Of a DNA stretch of 64,000 nt, positions 48,416-62,660 are shown piece by piece. Location: contig NW_027193546.1 in NCBI RefSeq assembly GCF_032444005.1, positions 682,001 through 746,000 of the forward strand, read 5' to 3'. The notes beneath the pieces are model-generated. The model did not search any database. It saw only the letters and a program-made list of their open reading frames with translations, and was not told where the DNA came from. The position numbers and the translations under genes are program-made. Each line of letters opens with the position of its first letter. The first letter of the stretch is position 1. Origin of the DNA: Ranitomeya imitator. Lineage: Eukaryota.

Positions 48416-50950
48416 TGTACTCTCTCTAGTTCCATTATATCCTTCCTGAGCACCGGTGCCCAAAACTGGACACAGTACTCCATGTGCGGTCTAACTAGGG
48501 ATTTGTACAGAGGCAGTATAATGCTCTCATCATGTGTATCCAGACCTCTTTTAATGCACCCCATGATCCTGTTTGCCTTGGCAGCTGCTGCCTGGCACTG
48601 GCTGCTCCAGGTAAGTTTATCATTAACTAGGATCCCCAAGTCCTTCTCCCTGTCAGATTTACCCAGTGGTTTCCCGTTCAGTGTGTAATGGTGATATTGA
48701 TTCCCTCTTCCCATGTGTATAACCTTACATTTATCATTGTTAAACCTCATCTGCCACCTTTCAGCCCAAGTTTCCAACTTATCCAGATCCATCTGTAGCA
48801 GAATACTATCTTCTCTTGTATTAACTGCTTTACATAGTTTTGTATCATCTGCAAATATCGATATTTTACTGTGTAAACCTTCTACCAGATCATTAATGAA
48901 TATGTTGAAGAGAACAGGTCCCAATACTGACCCCTGCGGTACCCCACTGGTCACAGCGACCCAGTTAGAGACTATACCATTTATAACCACCCTCTGCTTT
49001 CTATCACTAAGCCAGTTACTAACCCATTTACACACATTTTCCCCCAGACCAAGCATTCTCATTTTGTGTACCAACCTCTTGTGCGGCACGGTATCAAACG
49101 CTTTGGAAAAATCGAGATATACCACGTCCAATGACTCACCGTGGTCCAGTCTATAGCTTACCTCTTCATAAAAACTGATTAGATTGGTTTGACAGGAGCG
49201 AGTTCTCATAAACCCATGCTGATATGGAGTTAAACAGTTATTCTCATTGAGATAATCCAGAATAACATCCCTCAGAAACCCTTCAAATATTTTACCAACA
49301 ATAGAGGTTAGACTTACTGGCCTATAATTTCCAGGTTCACTTTTAGAGCCCTTTTTGAATATTGGCACCACATTTGCTATGCGCCAGTCCTGCGGAACAG
49401 ACCCTGTCGCTATAGAGTCACTAAAAATAAGAAATAATGGTTTATCTATTACATTACTTAGTTCTCTTAGTACTCGTGGGTGTATGCCATCCGGACCTGG
49501 AGATTTATCTATTTTAATCTTATTTAGCCGGTTTCGCACCTCTTCTTGGGTTAGATTGGTGACTCTTAATATAGGGTTTTCATTGTTTCTTGGGATTTCA
49601 CCTAGCATTTAATTTTCCACCGTGAATACCGTGGAGAAGAAGGTGTTTAATATGTTAGCTTTTTCCTCGTCATCTACAACCATTCTTTCCTCACTATTTT
49701 TTAAGGGGCCTACATTTTCAGTTTTTATTCTTTTACTATTGATATAGTTGAAGAACAGTTTGGGATTAGTTTTACTCTCCTTAGCAATGTGCTTCTCTGT
49801 TTCCTTTTTGGCAGCTTTAATTAGTTTTTTAGATAAAGTATTTTTCTCCCTATAGTTTTGTAGAGCTTCAATGGTGCCATCCTGCTTTAGTAGTGCAAAT
49901 GCTTTCTTTTTACTGTTAATTGCCTGTCTTACTTCTTTGTTTAGCCACATTGGGTTTTTCCTATTTCTAGTCCTTTTATTCCCACAAGGTATAAACCGCT
50001 TACACTGCCTATTTAGGATGTTCTTAAACATTTCCCATTTATTATCTGTATTCTCATTTCTGAGGATATTGTCCCAGTCTACCAGATTAAGGGCATCTCT
50101 AAGCTGTTCAAACTTTGCCTTCCTAAAGTTCAGTGTTTTTGTGACTCCCTGACAAGTCCCCCTAGTGAAAGACAGGTGAAACTGCACAATATTGTGGTCG
50201 CTATTTCCTAAATGCCCAACCACCTGCAGATTTGTTATTCTGTCAGGTCTATTAGATAGTATTAGGTCTAAAAGTGCTGCTCCTCTGGTTGGATTCTGCA
50301 CCAATTGTGAAAGATAATTTTTCTTGGTTATTAGCAGAAACCTGTTGCCTTTATGGGTTTCACAGGTTTCTGTTTCCCAGTTAATATCCGGGTAGTTAAA
50401 GTCCCCCATAACCAGGACCTCATTATGGGTTGCAGCTTCATCTATTTGCTTTAGAAGTAGACTTTCCATGGTTTCTGTTATATTTGGGGGTTTGTAACAG
50501 ACCCCAATGAGAATTTTGTTACCATTTTTCCCTCCATGAATTTCGACCCATATGGACTCGACATCCTCATTCCCTTCGCTAATATCCTCCCTTAAAGTGG
50601 ACTTTAGACAAGACTTTACATAGAGACAAACCCCTCCTCCTCTCCGATTTTTACGATCCTTTCTAAACAGACTGTAACCCTGTAAGTTAACTGCCCAGTC
50701 ATAGCTTTCATCTAACCATGTCTCGGTTATTCCCACTATGTCAAAGTTACCTGTAGATATTTCTGCTTCTAGTTCTTCCATCTTGTTTGTCAGGCTTCTG
50801 GCGTTTGCGAGCATGCAGTTTAGAGGATTTTGTTTTGTTCCAATCTCCTCACTGTGGATTGTTTTAGAAATGTTCTTACCTCCCTTCTGAGTATGTTTTC
50901 CTGGGTCGTCTTTGTTCGAGTCTAATGTTTTTCTTCCCGTCCCCTCTTCT
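48416..50950 (-). mobile_element. Duplicate of the CR1 insertion, 3'-deleted, with a premature stop
   Basis: Matches 34035-36569 with the same 5' satellite junction; GAA to TAA at 49609-49611 splits ORF2; the 3' ~490 bp is missing. Confidence 0.95.
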
Positions 50951-53900
50951 GGTGGTGGCACTGATCATACAGCTCTGCGGGGAGGAGGAGGTGGCTCTGA
51001 TCATACAGCTCTGCGGGGAGGAGGAGGTGGCACTGATCATACAGCTCTGCGGGGAGGAGGTGGTGGCACTGATCATACAGCTCTGCGGGGAGGAGGTGGT
51101 GGCACTGATCATACAGCTCTGCGGGGAGGAGGTGGTGGCACTGATTATACAGCTCTGCGGGGAGAGGGTGGTGGCTCTGATCATACAGCTCTGCGGGGAG
51201 GAGGTGGTGGCTCTGATCATACAGCTCTGCGGGGTGGAGGTGGTGGCACTGATTATACAGCTCTGCGGGGAGGAAGTGGTGGCTCTGATCATACAGCTCT
51301 GCGGGGGAGAAGGTGGTGGCACTGATCATACAGCTCTGCGGGGTGGAGGTGATTTCTCTGATCATACAGCTCTGCAGGGAGGAGTAGGTGGTGGCACTGA
51401 TGATACAGCTCTGCGGGGAGGAGGTGGTGGCACTGATCATACAGCTCTGCGGGGTGGAGGTGATTTCTCTGATCATACAACTCTGCGGGGAGGAGGAGGT
51501 GGCACTGATCATACAGCTCTGCGGGGAGGAGGTGTTGGCACTGATCATACAGCTCTGCGGGGAGGAGGTGGTGGCACTGTTCATACAGCTCTGCGGGGAG
51601 GAGGTGGTGGCACTGATTATACAGCTCTGCGGGGAGAGGGTGGTGGCTCTGATCATACAGCTCTGCGGGGAGGAGGTGGTGGCTCTGATCATACAGCTCT
51701 GCGGGGTGGAGGTGATTTCTCTGATCATACAGCTCTGCGGGGTGGAGGTGGTGGCACTGATTATACAGCTCTGCGGGGAGGAAGTGGTGGCTCTGATCAT
51801 ACAGCTCTGCAGGGAGAAGGTGGTGGCACTGATCATACAGCTCTGCGGGGTGGAGGTGATTTCTCTGATCATACAGCTCTGCAGGGAGGAGTAGATGGTG
51901 GCACTGATGATACAGCTCTGCGGGGAGGAGGTGGTGGCACTGATCATACAGCTCTGCGGGGTGGAGGTGATTTCTCTGATCATACAGCTCTGCAGGGAGG
52001 AGTAGGTGGTGGCACTGATGATACATCTCTGCGGGGAGGAGGTGGTGGCACTGATCATACAGCTCTGCGGGGAGGAGGTGGTGGCTCTGATCATACAGCT
52101 CTGCGGGGAGGAGGTGGTGGCTCTGATCATGCAGCTCTGCGGGGAGGAGGTGGTGGCACTGATCATACAGCTGTGCGGGGAGGAGGTGGTGGCACTGATC
52201 ATACAGCTCTGCGGGGAGGAGGTGGTGGCTCTGATCATACAGCTCTGCGGGGAGGAGGTGGTGGTACTGATCATACAGCTGTGCGGGGAGGATGTGATTT
52301 CTCTGATCATACAGCTCTGCAGGGAGGAGGTGGTGGCTCTGATCATACAGCTCTGCGGGGAGGAGGAGGTGGCACTGATCATACAGCTCTGCGGGGAGGA
52401 GGTGGTGGCACTGATCATACAGCTCTGCGGGGAGGAGGTGGTGGCACTGATCATACAGCTCTGCGGGGAGGAGGTGGTGGCACTGATCATACAGCTCTGC
52501 GGGGAGGAGGAGGTGGCACTGATCATACAGCTCTGCGGGGAGGAGGTGGTGGCACTGATCATACAGCTCTGCGGGGAGGAGGTGGTGGCACTGATCATAC
52601 AGCTCTGCGGGGAGGAGGAGGTGGCACTGATCATACAGCTCTGCGGGGAGGAAGTGGTGGCACTGATCATACAGCTCTGCGGGGAGGAGGTGGTGGCACT
52701 GATCATACAGCTCTGCGGGGAGAAGGTGTTGGCACTGATCATACAGCTCTCCGGGGAGGAGGTGATTTCTCTGATCATACAGCTCTGCAGGGAGGAGGAG
52801 GTTATGGCTCTGATCATACAGGTCTGAGGGGAGTCGGTGGTGGCTCTGATCATACAGCTCTGCGGGGAGGAGGTGGTGGCTCTGATCATACAGCTCTGCG
52901 GGGAGGAGGTGGTGGTACCGATCATACAGCTGTGCGGGGAGGAGGTGATTTCTCTGATCATACAGCTCTGCAGGGAGGAGGTGGTGTCTCTGATCATACA
53001 GCTCTGCGGGGAGGAGGTGGTGGCTCTGATCATACAGCTCTGCGGGGAGGAGGAGGTGGCACTGATCATACACCTCTGCGGGGAGGAGGTGGTGGCACTG
53101 ATCATACAGCTCTGCGGGGAGGAGGTGGTGGCACTGATCATACAGCTCTGCGGGGAGGAGGTGGTGGCACTGATCATACAGCTCTGCGGGGAGGAGGAGG
53201 TGGCTCTGATCATACAGCTCTGCGGGGAGGAGGAGGTGGCACTGATCATACAGCTCTGCGGGGAGGAGGTGGTGGCACTGATCATACAGCTCTGCGGGGA
53301 GGAGGTGGTGGCACTGATCATACAGCTCTGCGGGGAGGAGGTGGTGGCACTGATTATACAGCTCTGCGGGGAGAGGGTGGTGGCTCTGATCATACAGCTC
53401 TGCGGGGAGGAGGTGGTGGCTCTGATCATACAGCTCTGCGGGGTGGAGGTGATTTCTCTGATCATACAGCTCTGCGGGGTGGAGGTGGTGGCACTGATTA
53501 TACAGCTCTGCGGGGAGGAAGTGGTGGCTCTGATCATACAGCTCTGCGGGGTGGAGGTGATTTCTCTGATCATACAGCTCTGCAGGGAGGAGAAGGTGGT
53601 GGCACTGATGATACAGCTCTGCGGGGAGGAGGTGGTGGCACTGATCATACAGCTCTGCGGGGTGGAGGTGATTTCTCTAATCATACAGCTCTGCAGGGAG
53701 GAGTAGGTGGTGGCACTGATGATACAGCTCTGCGGGGAGGAGGTGGTGGCACTGATCATACAGCTCTGCGGGGAGGAGGTGGTGGCTCTGATCATACAGC
53801 TCTGCGGGGAGGAGGTGGTGGCTCTGATCATGCAGCTCTGCGGGGAGGAGTTGGTGGCACTGATCATACAGCTGTGCGGGGAGGAGGTGGTGGCACTGAT

Positions 53901-55731
53901 CATACAGCTCTGCGGGGAGGAGGTGGTGGCTCTGATCATACAGCTCTGCGGGGAGGAGGTGGTGGTACTGATCATACAGCTGTGCGGGGAGGAGGTGATT
54001 TCTCTGATCATACAGCTCTGCAGGGAAGAGGTGGTGGCTCTGATCATACAGCTCTGCGGGGAGGAGGAGGTGGCACTGATCATACAGCTCTGCGGGGAGG
54101 AGGTGGTGGCACTGATCATACAGCTCTGCGGGGAGGAGGTGGTGGCACTGATCATACAGCTCTGCGGGGAGGAGGTGGTGGCACTGATCATACAGCTCTG
54201 CGGGGAGGAGGTGGTGGCACTGATCATACAGCTCTGCGGGGAGGAGGTGGTGGCACTGATCATACAGCTCTGCGGGGAGGAGGTGATTTCTCTGATCATA
54301 CAGCTCTGCAGGGAGGAGGTGGTGGTACTGATTATACAGCTCTGCGGGGAGGAAGTGGTGGCTCTGATCATACAGCTCTGCGGGGGAGAAGGTGGTGGCA
54401 CTGATCATACAGCTCTGCGGGGTGGAGGTGATTTCTCTGATCATACAGCTCTGCAGGGAGGAGAAGGTGGTGGCACTGATGATACAGCTCTGCGGGGAGG
54501 AGGTGGTGGCACTGATCATACAGCTCTGCGGGGAGGAGTTGGTGGCACTGATCATACAGCTGTGCGGGGAGGAGGTGGTGGCACTGATCATACAGCTCTG
54601 CGGGGAGGAGGTGGTGGCTCTGATCATACAGCTCTGCGGGGAGGAGGTGGTGGTACTGATCATACAGCTGTGCGGGGAGGAGGTGATTTCTCTGATCATA
54701 CAGCTCTGCAGGGAAGAGGTGGTGGCTCTGATCATACAGCTCTGCGGGGAGGAGGAGGTGGCACTGATCATACAGCTCTGCGGGGAGGAGGTGGTGGCAC
54801 TGATCATACAGCTCTGCGGGGAGGAGGTGGTGGCACTGATCATACAGCTCTGCGGGGAGGAGGTGGTGGCACTGATCATACAGCTCTGCGGGGAGGAGGA
54901 GGTGGCACTGATCATACAGCTCTGCGGGGAGGAGGTGGTGGCACTGATCATACAGCTCTGCGGGGAGGAGGTGGTGGCACTGATCATACAGCTCTGCGGG
55001 GAGGAGGTGGTGGCACTGATCATACAGCTCTGCGGGGAGGAGGTGGTGGCACTGATCATACAGCTCTGCGGGGAGGAGGTGATTTCTCTGATCATACAGC
55101 TCTGCAGGGAGGAGGTGGTGGTACTGATCATACAGCTGTGCGGGGAGGAGGTGATTTCTCTGATCATACAGCTCTGCAGGGAGGAGGTGGTGGCACTGAT
55201 CATACAGCTCTGCGGGGAGGAGGTGGTGGCACTGATCATACAGCTCTGCGGGGAGGAGGTGGTGGCACTGATCATACAGCTCTGCGGGGAGGAGGTGGTG
55301 GCACTGATCATACAGCTCTGCGGGGAGGAGGTGATTTCTCTGATCATACAGCTCTGCAGGGAGGAGGTGGTGGCTCTGATCATACATCTCTGCGGGGAGG
55401 AGGTGGTGGCTCCGATCATACAGCTCTGCGGGGAGGAGGAGGTGGCACTGATCATACAGCTCTGCGGGGAGGAGATGGTGGCTCTGATCATACAGCTCTG
55501 CGGGGAGGAGGTGGTGGCTCTGATCATACAGCTCTGCGGGGAGGAGGAGGTGGCACTGATCATACAGCTCTGCGGGAAGGAGGTGGTGGCACTGATGATA
55601 CAGCTCTGCGGGGAGGAAGTGGTGGCACTGATCATACAGCTCTGCGGGGAGGAGGTGGTGGCACTGATCATACAGCTCTGCGGGGAGGAGGTGGTGGCAC
55701 TGATCATACAGCTCTGCGGGGAGGAGGTGGT
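50951..55731. repeat. 36-bp satellite, block 4 (~133 monomers)
   Basis: Same monomer; 506 bp shorter than block 3; ends at the H1 stem-loop. Confidence 0.98.
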
Positions 55732-55747
55732 GGCTCTTATAAGAGCC
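55732..55747 (-). terminator. H1 copy 3 stem-loop
   Basis: GGCTCTTATAAGAGCC. Confidence 0.93.
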
Positions 55748-55775
55748 TTTGTGGTAACAGAACAGGGGCTGCAGC

Positions 55776-56414
55776 TTATTTCTTAGCCGCGGGCTTCTTG
55801 GCTTTCGCAGCCTTCTTAGCCGGACTCTTGGCGGGTTTGGCCGCCTTCTTAGCCGGACTCTTCGTCACCTTCTTGGGCTTGGGAGCGGCTTTCGGCTTCT
55901 TGGGGCTCTTGGCCGCTTTCTTGGCCGCTGCGGGCTTCTTGGCCTTTTTCGGGCTCTTCTTGGCCGCAGTCGGAGCCTTCTTGGGCTTCTTCGGAGATTT
56001 GGCGGCTTTCTTGGCAGCAGCGGGTTTCTTAGGTTTGGCCGCAGCTGCTGGCTTCGTCTTGGCCACTTTGTCCTTCGTCTCCTGCTTCTTGTTCAGCTTG
56101 AAGGACCCGGAGGCGCCGCTGCCTTTCACCTGGAGGAGGGCGCCCTTGGTGACCAGAGCCTTGACGGCCAGCTTCAGGCGGCTGTTGTTCTTCTCTACAT
56201 CGTATCCTCCAGCAGACAGAGCCTTCTTCAGGGCGGCCAGAGACACCCCGCTGCGCTCCTTGGAGGCGGACACGGCTTTCACGATCAGCTCGGAGACGCT
56301 GGGGCCGGAGGGTTTATTGCTCTTCTTGGCAGCAGATTTCTTCGGCTGCTTCTTGGATTTGGCGGCCGGTTCTGCGGGAGGGGGAGCGGCGGCTGGCGCG
56401 GTCTCTGCCATCAT
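55776..56414 (-). CDS. H1: Histone H1, copy 3
   Basis: One substitution versus copies 1 and 2 (KSPKTAKK to KSPKKAKK). Confidence 0.98.
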   Translation of the reverse strand: MMAETAPAAAPPPAEPAAKSKKQPKKSAAKKSNKPSGPSVSELIVKAVSASKERSGVSLAALKKALSAGGYDVEKNNSRLKLAVKALVTKGALLQVKGSGASGSFKLNKKQETKDKVAKTKPAAAAKPKKPAAAKKAAKSPKKPKKAPTAAKKSPKKAKKPAAAKKAAKSPKKPKAAPKPKKVTKSPAKKAAKPAKSPAKKAAKAKKPAAKK

Positions 56415-58328
56415 ATGCTGCTGACGCAAAATGAAAATATTTCCTGATAGGAAGGAAAACACTGAGGCCGGAGCTGGAGGCGCCTGTTATATGTACAGGC
56501 TTACTGCGCACTGATTGGCTGCTGAGCAGCACCGTCCTGAGCTTCTATTGGCTGACACTGGACACAGGCCCCGCCCCCTCCCAGCTGAGTCCGAGTGAAG
56601 CTCCGCTCTCCCCTTGTGCTTCCCTGCCCTGGATAAAAGCCCTTTACCGGCTAACACCGGACAGCAGAGCGCGATTCCTCCGTCGCCTCCCCTTCTCCAA
56701 CATCTCCACCGGCCATTTGTAGCCGTCACTAGCAGAGATGCCGGGAAAGAGCGGAGAGGAAATCCCGGGATCATCGCCGCCGTCCTCCCGATCTGCACAT
56801 CACTGTGTATCCGGGGAGATAAATCTGCTGCGGGAGCTCGTTCCTCCTATTCCCGGCTCCTGTCACCATCACAGGGATCTTTACTCCTATGTCTATCGCA
56901 CAGGAAGCTGATTGTACGATGTGGGGACGAGCTGGAGCTGCTGACAACCCAGAAGGGTAACACAGGCGACGGCCTCCGCTGACTGCCACCTCCCTGACCT
57001 GTGGTGTCACTGTACCCCGTATGTGCAGAGGATTGGGGGGACACGTGTTCCACACCAGTAGATGATCCACATCGGTGGCTGATTGCAATCACCTGCCTGA
57101 TATCGTGTCTTACCCAGTGTGAAGCTGTGACCGCTGCGGCATGTCATGGTGCGAAGAGCTCTGATGAGGCGACAGCTGCACACTGCGACTCCCCAACCAA
57201 ACACATAAACATCTCCGGGGAGAAAACTGAAATATTAATGGATTTATGTGACCCCCACTATTGTGTAAAAGGGGAATATTGGGAGAAAAGCGGAGACACA
57301 AAATCCAGCGTCTACACAGAGAACACAGCTGTACATAGTATATATAGTGCACAACATCACATCTGCACAGCCCAGATCAGCAGTGTAATAAGTGTCACTG
57401 ATACTAGAGGAGAGGGTACAGTATATACAGCAGAGTGTACAGTATATACAGCAGAGTACACAGTATATAGAGCAGAGTGTACAGTATATACAGCAGTGTG
57501 CACAGTATATAGAGCCAGTGTGTACAGTACATACAGCAGTGTGTACAGTATATAGAGCAGTGTGTAAAGTATATACAGCAGTGTGTACAATTTATAGACC
57601 AGAGTGTACAGTATATAGAGCAGTCTCCCCTCTCTTCTTCTTTCTCTCTCTCTCTCTCTTTCTTAATCTCTATTTCTCTCTCCTCTCTTTCATTATTTCC
57701 TTCTCTCCTTTCTCTCTTCGCTCTCCTCTCTTTCTCTCTTCTTTTTTCTCTAAATCTTTCTCTCACTCTTACTCTTTCTTCCTTTCTATTTCTCTCTCTC
57801 CCTCTCTTTCCCTTGCTTTCTCTTTTTCTTACTTTATATCTATCTCTCTCCTTCTCTCTTTCTTTATCTCTCTTCTCTCTACTTCTCTATCTCTCTCTTT
57901 ATGTCTTTTTGTCTCTCTCTCTCTCTTTCTCCCTTTCTTTCTCTCTATCTCCTTCTTTCTCATTCTCTCTCTTTCACTTTATCTCTCTCTTTCTCTCTCT
58001 CAGGGAGAGATTATCAATCCTTCATGTCAGCAGTGCACCTCTCCAAAATGAGGCAGATGTACTAGATTTTCTAGGCACCGCCATCTGCACGTGGGGTGCT
58101 GCTGTAATCCCTGTCATCATCCTCGTTTTTCCTCTCCACGTTTCCATATCCAGCCAAGTGATCGCTGGGCCCAGTATTCTCATCAGCATTGCCGATACTT
58201 CGAGCTGTAGCAAAGGAGAAGGCACAAGTGATGATAACCCGCCTCTATGTGCCCTCAAGTGTCTCCGCTGTGGTGCGGGATGATATGCTATGGAAGGTTA
58301 ATAATCAATAATTGTGTCCTTCCTACAG

Positions 58329-59005
58329 GCTCTGGTGCCCCATGGAATGAAAGGTTTCCCCAGGAGGGCGGTGGTAAAGATGTTTAATGACTTGCTAAGG
58401 AATGGTCGCATGCAAAAACTCCAAGACTCGGACACCGTGCTGTCCCAGATTTTGGAGATGACGTGCAGTGACTTGGATTGGGAGGTGAAGGTGAACGCAG
58501 TGGACCTGGCACATTCCTATATGTCCCAAACATTGGAGATGGGACCGTCCCTAACGTGCCCTTACACTATAGGGCTGCCATCTAGCAGAAGCTCAGGTTC
58601 CATCTCCGACGCTCTGGTTACATGTGAATGAGTCGGGCTTTTTCCGGCCTTATTGACTTGTCTGTGTGACTGTGACCGGCCAGTGGCATTAAAGTTTTGT
58701 GAAATCCTTCTTGCTGTGAAGCCCAAACTGTGTAATGGGGACACTGATCCCTCCGAACAGCATGGAAGAGACTGGCTGGAGCACACGATAAAAGAGAAGC
58801 AAATGGCAGGCGGGGACGGTGCTGGGGCCGGCAGGGTCGCCCACCAGATTGGGCCACTGGTGTCATACAGAAGATGGATTTGGATAACATAAAATGTCCC
58901 CTTCCGAAAAACAGCGATCATGTACACGAAACTCCCCGGTCACTGCTGCAGGACGTCAAAGCAACCTTATGGGGGGAAGAAATGCACGATGCAGATTGCT
59001 ACTGA
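58329..59005 (+). pseudogene. BRAT1: BRAT1 terminal exon fragment, copy A (unit 3)
   Basis: Near-identical to 4695-5371; unit homology ends at ~59348. Confidence 0.85.
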
Positions 59006-60632
59006 TGCGGAAGTTTATGGTACTTTTCTGCTGCAGATTTCACTGCGGAAATGCCTTTTGTGCTGTAATTTGTAGTGGATCCAACCTGTGTTTTTCTTTT
59101 TTTACTACAGTGCCCTACTGGGACCCAGAAGCCCTTCTGGCCATCCAACTGCTACTCAGGCGCCAATTTCTAAGAAAGATTTATCTCCTCTCTTTCTTTC
59201 TCTTTTCTTTCTCTAAATCTTTCTCTCACTCTTACCCTTTTCCCCTTTCTATTTCTCTCTCACCCTCTCTTTCTCTTGCTTTCTCTTTCTCTTTTTTCTC
59301 ACTTTATCTCTATCTTTCTCTCTCCTTGTCTCTTTCTTCATCTCTATTAGTAGTGTATAATAGCCATGATCCGTCAAACTCAATCTGACAGGTGCCCCGC
59401 CCCTATCAAAGTGTATCAAAATGTGTAACCCCTCCCCTCCCCTTGTCTGACGGCTGGTATCCAGCTGTCCCTCCTTGTTTGATTTCCCCTTTTGATATAG
59501 TTTAATATAGTTTAATTTGTTGTAGTTTTGATATTATTCCCGTATTTTGTGGAATAACACATGTTTATAATTATAGCCTAGTCGTGTATTTATTTTACAC
59601 GTGGTTTATAACACCTTTCTCATTTGTTTTATAATAGATTTTATACGTAGCCCCGAGTTTGATTCTGTAAGCTTTTGTTTTATTCACAGTGTATCCATAT
59701 AGTGAATAGGGCTGATGTTTCTGTATGCAATCCTACATCCTGTTATGTGAAAAGTATTCTCAAACACTAACTAAATGGTGAACATTACCTAAATTAGGTT
59801 AACTGTGGGTCAGAGGTTTATAGCACCTAGGTCAAGCAATTGTTGTTGTATTTGCGTACCCCATAAATGTTTATTTTCACAAACAGAAAAGTTATTGTGT
59901 CCTGAAGATGGCATCTGAGGTTATTTGTTTTTTGTATTAGCTTTCTCAGAAAACAGCTGTGTTATCTGAGGTTCAGATATTTTTGTACAAACTCATGCTG
60001 TTTGGTGATCTTTGTGAAGCAGAACTTTGTTTTATAACACATTTGTACTTGTATTGTACCTGAATTGATATTTGCTTTCTCTTTTTTGTGTCCTGAAGAT
60101 GGCATCTGCAAAGTTATTTGTTATCTACTGAGGCCATTGCAAGTTGTGTTTATTCACATTGTAGCAGGTTTTATCCTTGTGGCTGCCTTATATACACAGA
60201 AGAGATATGCACCAATGTCACAACACAAGTTATAATATGACCCAATGTTACAACACAAGTAAGAAGCGGCGTGTTTTATACGAATAAAAACCAAAGACAC
60301 GATATTGTAAAAATAGAAAAAGATTTATTTCTCACAATAAAACAACAGCTCAAATTTTAACATGAAATAGACATTTAGGACTTATTTATGTTATTATCTT
60401 TATGCATGTTGCCTGTGCTGCCTATAATTTGACTCTATCCTTGTTTTGTTGAAAATAACTGGACATACATAAGAAACCGGGCAATATATCTTTATAGAAA
60501 TAACACTTCTGCACTCTTTGGGCATTTCTATCAGTTTTATTCATGCATTTATAACACACCATGTTTGATATTGGTAATTTGATTCTGGGAACACATTTTA
60601 AGTTACATCTGCACATGTATTACTGTTTTTTT

Positions 60633-61270
60633 TAGGCCATATAAATAGAAAATTATGTAGAAACCCAAAGTTTTGATAAGTGTATGAAAATACACCAATA
60701 TTAACTATTTGTGCTATTTTAGGCGTAAATTTGTCCTATATGTATAGCAGTCAGGAGTTGGGGCGATGAAATATGTGTTACAAGCGTAGTGAATTGCAGA
60801 TATATTCTACAGTGTATGTCATTTTGAGAAATGTGTGGCATAACCAATGTATACAGTAACAGGCGGAATGACTGAGTGTAATATTGCACTCAATACTGTG
60901 CAAAGGGTCTGAATACTTATGACCGTGTGATATTTCAGTTTTCTTTTTAATAAATTCGCAAAAAATCTACATTTCTGTTTTGTTCAGGCATGATGGCGTG
61001 CAGAGTGTACATTAATATATATATATATCTCAGAATGCAACTGAATAGTATTGCTAATTAGGCCATATAAATAGAAAATTATGTAGAAACCCAAAGTTTT
61101 GATAAGTGTATGAAAATACACCAATATTAACTATTTGTGCTATTTTAGGCGTAAATTTGTCCTATATGTATAGCAGTCAGGAGTTGGGGCGATGAAATAT
61201 GTGTTACAAGTGTAGTGAATTGCAGATATATTCTACAGTGTATGTCATTTTGAGAAATGTGTGGCATAAC
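60633..61270. repeat. Two direct copies of a ~210-bp AT-rich segment (60633-60844 and 61059-61270); a third diverged copy at ~63440-63630
   Basis: TAGGCCATATAAATAGAAAATTATGTAGAAACCC...GTGGCATAAC repeated at offset 426. Confidence 0.85.
60887..60985 (-). mobile_element. Tc1/mariner-like terminal-repeat fragment
   Basis: Minus strand AAAACTGAAATATCAC...CATAAGTATTCAGACCCTTTGC resembles recalled vertebrate Tc1 TIR sequence; not verified by search. Confidence 0.45.
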
Positions 61271-61739
61271 TAATTACCTATTACGGCCACATTTCTATGC
61301 AGTGTATTTTAGAACCAGTGTTTCTGGCTGCAGACTGTAATGTGTAAGGTATTCTCATTTTTATATATTGTATTTTATAACACACCATGCCGTTTATATA
61401 ATAATCACAGTTGTGTCTCTACAGGACAACGTGGCTTACAAAGACATTTCATTAATATAAGTGTGAAACTGACAGACAAGCACACCTGTGTCTCTACAGG
61501 ACATGCTGGTCACTAGACAGCCAGAGTTTCTGTGGGGGAGATATACTAACAGAGGTTCTGTTGACCCAATAAACCGGTGTAGAACGTACACAGAGAGCAA
61601 CTTACAATATTTACTAAGGTAGCGGAAATGGGTTTACTGCAGTTATCAGAGCATTGTATTTTATTTGACAGCCACAAGTCACACAGGTCATGATGATAGT
61701 GTATCTGCAGCATGTTATTTGGAAATAAAGAAGCCTTTT

Positions 61740-62660
61740 TTGTATTCGCCCGCATTTTATATAAAATCTGCATAAAAAAAATATTCTTGGCTACACCAAA
61801 ACACGTAAGAAACAAATGTATAACTTTTAGATCTACCGCATCCACAGATATTATTCCAGCGTTCTTTAATTCTACATTATTTTAGCACATATTAATTTCA
61901 CAACTTTTATATGATATTTATAACACTCATTTTATATGAGTTTTCTAACACATTCTCACGGGAATATTATATATATATATTTTGTGTTTTGCGCAATTAT
62001 TTGACACTGTAATTCGCATTTTATATAAAATATGCATAAAAAATCTTCACATTCTCACGGGAATATTATATATATATTTTGTGCTCTGCATCATTATTTG
62101 ACACTGTAATTCGCATTTTATATAAAATCTGCATAAAAAATCTTCTTGGCTGCACCAAAACACGTAAGAAACAAATGTATAACTTTTAGCGCTGTCGCAT
62201 CCGCAGATATTATTCCAGCGTTCTTTAATTCTATATTATTTTATCACATATTAATTTCACAACTTTTATATGATATTTATAACACTCATTTTATATGAGT
62301 TTTCTAACACATTCTCACGGGAATATTATATATATATATTTTGTGTTTTGCGCAATTATTTGACACTGTAATTCGCATTTTATATAAAATATGCATAAAA
62401 AATCTTCACATTCTCACGGGAATATTATATATATATTTTGTGCTCTGCATCATTATTTGACACTGTAATTCGCATTTTATATAAAATCTGCATAAAAAAT
62501 CTTCTTGGCTGCACCAAAACACGTAAGAAACAAATGTATAACTTTTAGCGCTGTCGCATCCGCAGATATTATTCCAGCGTTCTTTAATTCTATATTATTT
62601 TATCACATATTAATTTCACAACTTTTATATGATATTTATAACACATTCTCATTTATAAGG
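61740..62660. repeat. AT-rich ~360-bp tandem repeat (~2.5 copies, ~98-bp internal subrepeat; partial copies to ~63330)
   Basis: GCATTTTATATAAAATCTG at 61752, 62113 and 62472; contains the palindrome ATTTTATATAAAAT. Confidence 0.85.

Noticed and set aside
50876-50961. Apparent satellite-CR1 fusion protein starting MPPPEEGTG
   Set aside because: The start is a GTG inside the satellite. This copy has a premature stop, and the other copy has a TGA just upstream of MLANARS.
59895-60110. Two CCTGAAGATGGCATCTG motifs as hammerhead ribozyme cores
   Set aside because: No stem II followed by GAAA downstream; only a short direct repeat.
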